64,000 nt of DNA from Fistulifera solaris (lineage: Eukaryota), in contig AP026167.1 in NCBI GenBank assembly GCA_030295235.1, positions 372,001 to 436,000 on the forward strand, in the 5' to 3' direction. Below, piece after piece: positions 60,424 to 64,000 of the stretch. A model generated the notes under the pieces. The model did no database searches. It had not been told where the DNA came from and saw nothing but the letters and a program-made list of their open reading frames with translations. The translations under genes were made by a program, and so were the position numbers. How positions within the stretch are numbered: position 1 is the first letter of the stretch; every line of letters begins with the position of its first letter.

Positions 60424-63400
60424 ATGAGACCATCCTTCACCTTCTCCTTCGCCTCATTTCTACTCTGCTTAACAGCTGCTGAATTACAGAAATATAACGC
60501 CATCGATTCCGATCATGTATTAAATGTACACGTCGTTCCGCATTCCCATGACGATGTGGGGTGGCTCAAAACGGTCGAACAGTATTACTATCCCGATCAA
60601 AATTGCAGTATTTCCCCCAATTCCGTGCAGAAAATTCTCAGCACAACTATCGACGCCTTGCAGCAAAATGAAGCACGAACCTTTGTCGTCGTGGAAACCA
60701 AGTTCTTTGCCATGTGGTGGAAAGAGCAAAACGATGCGGTCAAAGATACCGTGCGTTTTCTGGTGGCGAATCAACAATTGTCGTTTGTGAATGGAGGTTG
60801 GTGTATGCACGATGAAGCCGCGACGCATTTTGTGGGAATGATCGATCAGATGACGACAGGTCACACCTTTCTGGAACGAGAATTGGGATATATACCCAAA
60901 GTGGGATGGCAATTGGATCCATTTGGTCATTCCGTGACACAGGCGTCTTTGATGACGAGCAAAATGGGATTTGATGCCGTGTATTTCGGTCGAATAGATT
61001 ATCAAGATTTGGCCTTCCGGCATTCAACACAACAATGTGAAGGCTTGTGGAATGCATCTACATCCCTTGAAGATACGACCGTATTCTGGGGACTTACTGG
61101 AAGTTACAGTGGGAATTATGGGCCACCGAAAGGATTTTGTTTTGATGCATACTGCGATCCCGAGCAGCGATTGCTGGGATTGACGGAAGATACGTTACTC
61201 GAGAGATTGAAAGACTTTGTGCAACAGTTAAGAGCCCAAAGTGATCGAACATCAGACAATCATATCATGTTGACCATGGGGGAAGATTTCAATGTAAGCA
61301 ACTTGGAAAAGGGCGTGCTTTTTCATTCGATTTCTGGTTCTTATCAAGCGTCATGTTTTTACAGTACATGGATGCGGCAACAAATTTTGCCAATCTGGAT
61401 CTATTGATCGCCAAACTCATGATTTATCAGCATTCGGGTCGTCTCGATGTACCACAGTTCCTGGGCCCTAGGCACAATCGTCTCAATATATTTTATTCTT
61501 CACCGGAGTATTACACGCAACAAAAGCACAAAGTCTGGAAGCGTCGACAGGATCTACTAAGCAATGAGACGGAATGGAAAACGAAAACGGATGATTTCTT
61601 TCCGTATTCCAGTTGTGAGAACTGCTTTTGGACGGGTTACTTTACGTCACGGACTTCATTCAAACGGCTCGAGCGAGTGGCATCCTCGCTTCTATTAGCG
61701 TCGCGACAAATCGATGTACTCATAAGCAACGAAGAACTACTGGACGAATATAACTGCGATTGCTGCCATCCTTTCTATGAGCTGGAAGATGCTCTCGGTG
61801 TCGCTCAGCATCACGATGGTGTCTCTGGAACGGCAAAGCAGCATGTTGCCGACGATTACGCGAAGCGATTATCATCTGGTATGCATCGAGCTAGTGCGCA
61901 CGTGGCTAATCTCCTGTCAGAAAGAATGTATGCGGTAAACTCAACTGTGATTCATCTTCAATATTGTCCACTCCTCAATGAAACAATTTGTCCCGTTGCA
62001 GAAGAAGCAACCAAATCAAACGGAACTGCTCTCCACGTTGTGGTCTACAATCCGCTGGGCCAAAATCAATCAACTGTTTTGCGAATCCCAGTTGCATCAT
62101 TAGCGTGCTATGAAATTACTGATTTATCCAACAATATCAGTATTTGCGATCATTCCATCAGGGCAGCCATGCAGCCTGCTGACACCTCTACATATGTCGT
62201 ATACTACGACACCGGGTCGCTACCACCTTTGGGCTACAAAACATTTCAGATCAGCAAACAATGCGATTGCCCAACGACAGATATATTTCGAAATCCCTCA
62301 CTTGTAATTGTCGAAAAGGAAAGAAGACGACTTCGAAAAGCCACCAGCACTACTATCGCAGTCACAAATGATTTCATGACAGTTGAATTCGATACGATCA
62401 CGGGGCAAATGAAAAGAGCTGTATCTGATGGGACCGGGATAGATCTTGTTCAAGATTGGGGCTACTATACGTCATTCGACCATCAGTGGGATCATTCTGA
62501 AGTTCCTGCTGTGGATCCTACGCAGAACTCGGGGGCCTACATCTTTCGACCAAGCACTCCAACTCAAGATATACACCATCTTTTGCCTCGAAAGGCGACA
62601 GTCGTCGACACTCCTCAAGGCGCGGAAGTTCGCATCGAATTCCATCAAAATTGGATACGGCAAACAACCCGTATTTTCCAGTCTCAACCGTTCATTGAAG
62701 TCGAATACGAAATAGGCCCAATCCCTATTGATGATCTTCGAGGAAAAGAAATTGTGACACGATACAGAGCGTCTATTGCCAGCAAGTCGGCCTTCTATAC
62801 TGATTCGAATGGACGTGAGTTCCTTCGACGACAACGTAATTATAGACCATCCTGGGATCTCGACGTCTTTGAGCCTGTTGCTGGAAATTTCTATCCAGTC
62901 AACACGGCCATTTTCCTTCAAGACAAAAATGCATCTCTAAGCGTAGTAGTCGACCGCTCTCAGGGTGGATCGTCACTGCAAGACGGAACGCTAGAGCTCA
63001 TGGTGCAGAGAAGGAACTTGGCCGATGATGCGAAAGGAGTCGGCGAACCATTAAATGAAACGTCTGGTGGGATGACACCATACCCACCTTATGGGAATGC
63101 GGAACGTGTTGGAGACGGTGTAATAATTCGAGGAACTCATCGAATCATGATAGGGAAAGGTTTGACCGGAGCTAAGCTTGCACGCTCGTTGATGGATTCG
63201 GCATTCGCCGAGCCGCTTATCTTTTTGGAAAATGCACAATCCCTTGCCCAGCTATCTTCCAAAGTGCTTCTTTTTCGTCTGGTCTATCAATCGGTTTGCC
63301 CAAGAATGTGATGCTCATAACGTTTGCGCGTTTGAACACGGCAAAGTACTTACTTCGACTTGGGCACCAGTATGGCGTGGACGATGATGACGAACTAGCA

Positions 63401-63634
63401 GAACCCGTAAGCGTGGATATCGGTCTCTTGTTTCTGGGCATTGGTGAAGTTGATACAATAGATGAAATGACTTTAAGTGGCAACCAAAAGTGGGAATCAT
63501 TGCAGAAGACTAAGCTGCCATGGTCAGGCGAAACTGGTAGCACTTCAGACAAGGATACTTCAAACAAGGGTAATATGGTTGTCTTGCGCCCAATGGAAAT
63601 CAGGACGTTTCACGTCACCGTAAAGGCACAATAA
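60424..63634 (+). CDS. GH38 lysosomal/vacuolar-type alpha-mannosidase
   Basis: HSHDDVGWLKT, GWQLDPFGHS, MGEDF, WTGYFTSR, QHHDGVSGT, FYTDSNG, NFYPVN. Intron 61294-61364; frameshift near 63272. Confidence 0.95.
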
Positions 63635-64000
63635 TGGATGGACCATTTTACCTACCAAGTATAGCGACCACCTTGAAACAAGATTTACCAACGCAATTCA
63701 TCAAGAACAAGAACACCAGTGTCATCAAAAATCTTGCAATTAAATGCTGTGATCCTTTGGTTGAAAGTAGACCAACGGTACCTTTTGTAGTTGTAAGTTG
63801 TAACGGCCGACCCTTTTCCGGGACTCTTTAGTCAGTCCCATTGGAAACGTCACATCGATAGTTGCGAGTTGCAACGTTGCAACAGAATATTCACTTGCGG
63901 GCGGAAACAGACGCTTTTTGTTACATCCAAGCAACGAAGAGATGCAAAATGCGAAAATGTGGCCTTTTGTTTGTTGCAAGGAAAGAAGGAACAATTATAA

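Noticed and set aside
2223..63634. Frameshifts in many genes as pseudogenes or programmed frameshifting
   Set aside because: Nearly all are 1-bp indels in homopolymer runs, including in essential genes (V-ATPase d, SQD1), which is the signature of long-read consensus error. The identical shift in D (near 16373) and E (near 23425) is also in an A-run, but merits a read check.
27743..63634. Glycan biosynthetic gene cluster (SQD1, epimerase-DUF616, GT-like, GH38)
   Set aside because: Interspersed with unrelated housekeeping genes and in different predicted compartments; no evidence of co-regulation.
63634..64000. Short ORFs at the window end
   Set aside because: No recognisable motifs; cannot be supported.

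Overview
Eukaryotic nuclear DNA, very probably from a pennate diatom. Evidence: gene-dense, short 56-132 nt GT-AG introns, bipartite plastid presequences, a DUF6824 protein and RxL/Lys-Ser-rich secreted proteins. Many genes carry 1-bp indels in homopolymer runs, typical of unpolished long-read assembly, so the ORF track fragments them. About 24 genes: a partial GAF-like protein, RPS29, G-alpha, V-ATPase d, a zf-PARP/PADR1/HhH protein, five tandem secreted Pro/Thr/Ser mucin-like genes (8.4-27.2 kb), SQD1, a trypsin, a PH-CaMK-like kinase, DUF6824, SSADH, an epimerase-like/DUF616 fusion, TRAPPC5, a CaM-lysine methyltransferase, a plastid fatty-acid desaturase, an S49 peptidase, a THUMP-like methyltransferase, a GT-like membrane protein, a GH38 alpha-mannosidase and several hypotheticals. 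Non-coding features include a Harbinger-type MITE, a dispersed hairpin element and degenerate tandem repeats. Best leads: (1) the mucin/silaffin-like array with RxL sites, Lys/Ser-rich blocks and mosaic shared repeats, beside an Arg/Lys-specific trypsin with the same Lys-rich tail; (2) an RPS29 lacking 3 of 4 Zn ligands; (3) a PARP-type nick sensor fused to a PolX lyase-like domain with no catalytic PARP domain; (4) a pseudo-epimerase/DUF616 fusion; (5) a G-alpha with Gln at the RGS-sensitivity glycine. All family assignments come from motif recall, not database searches.
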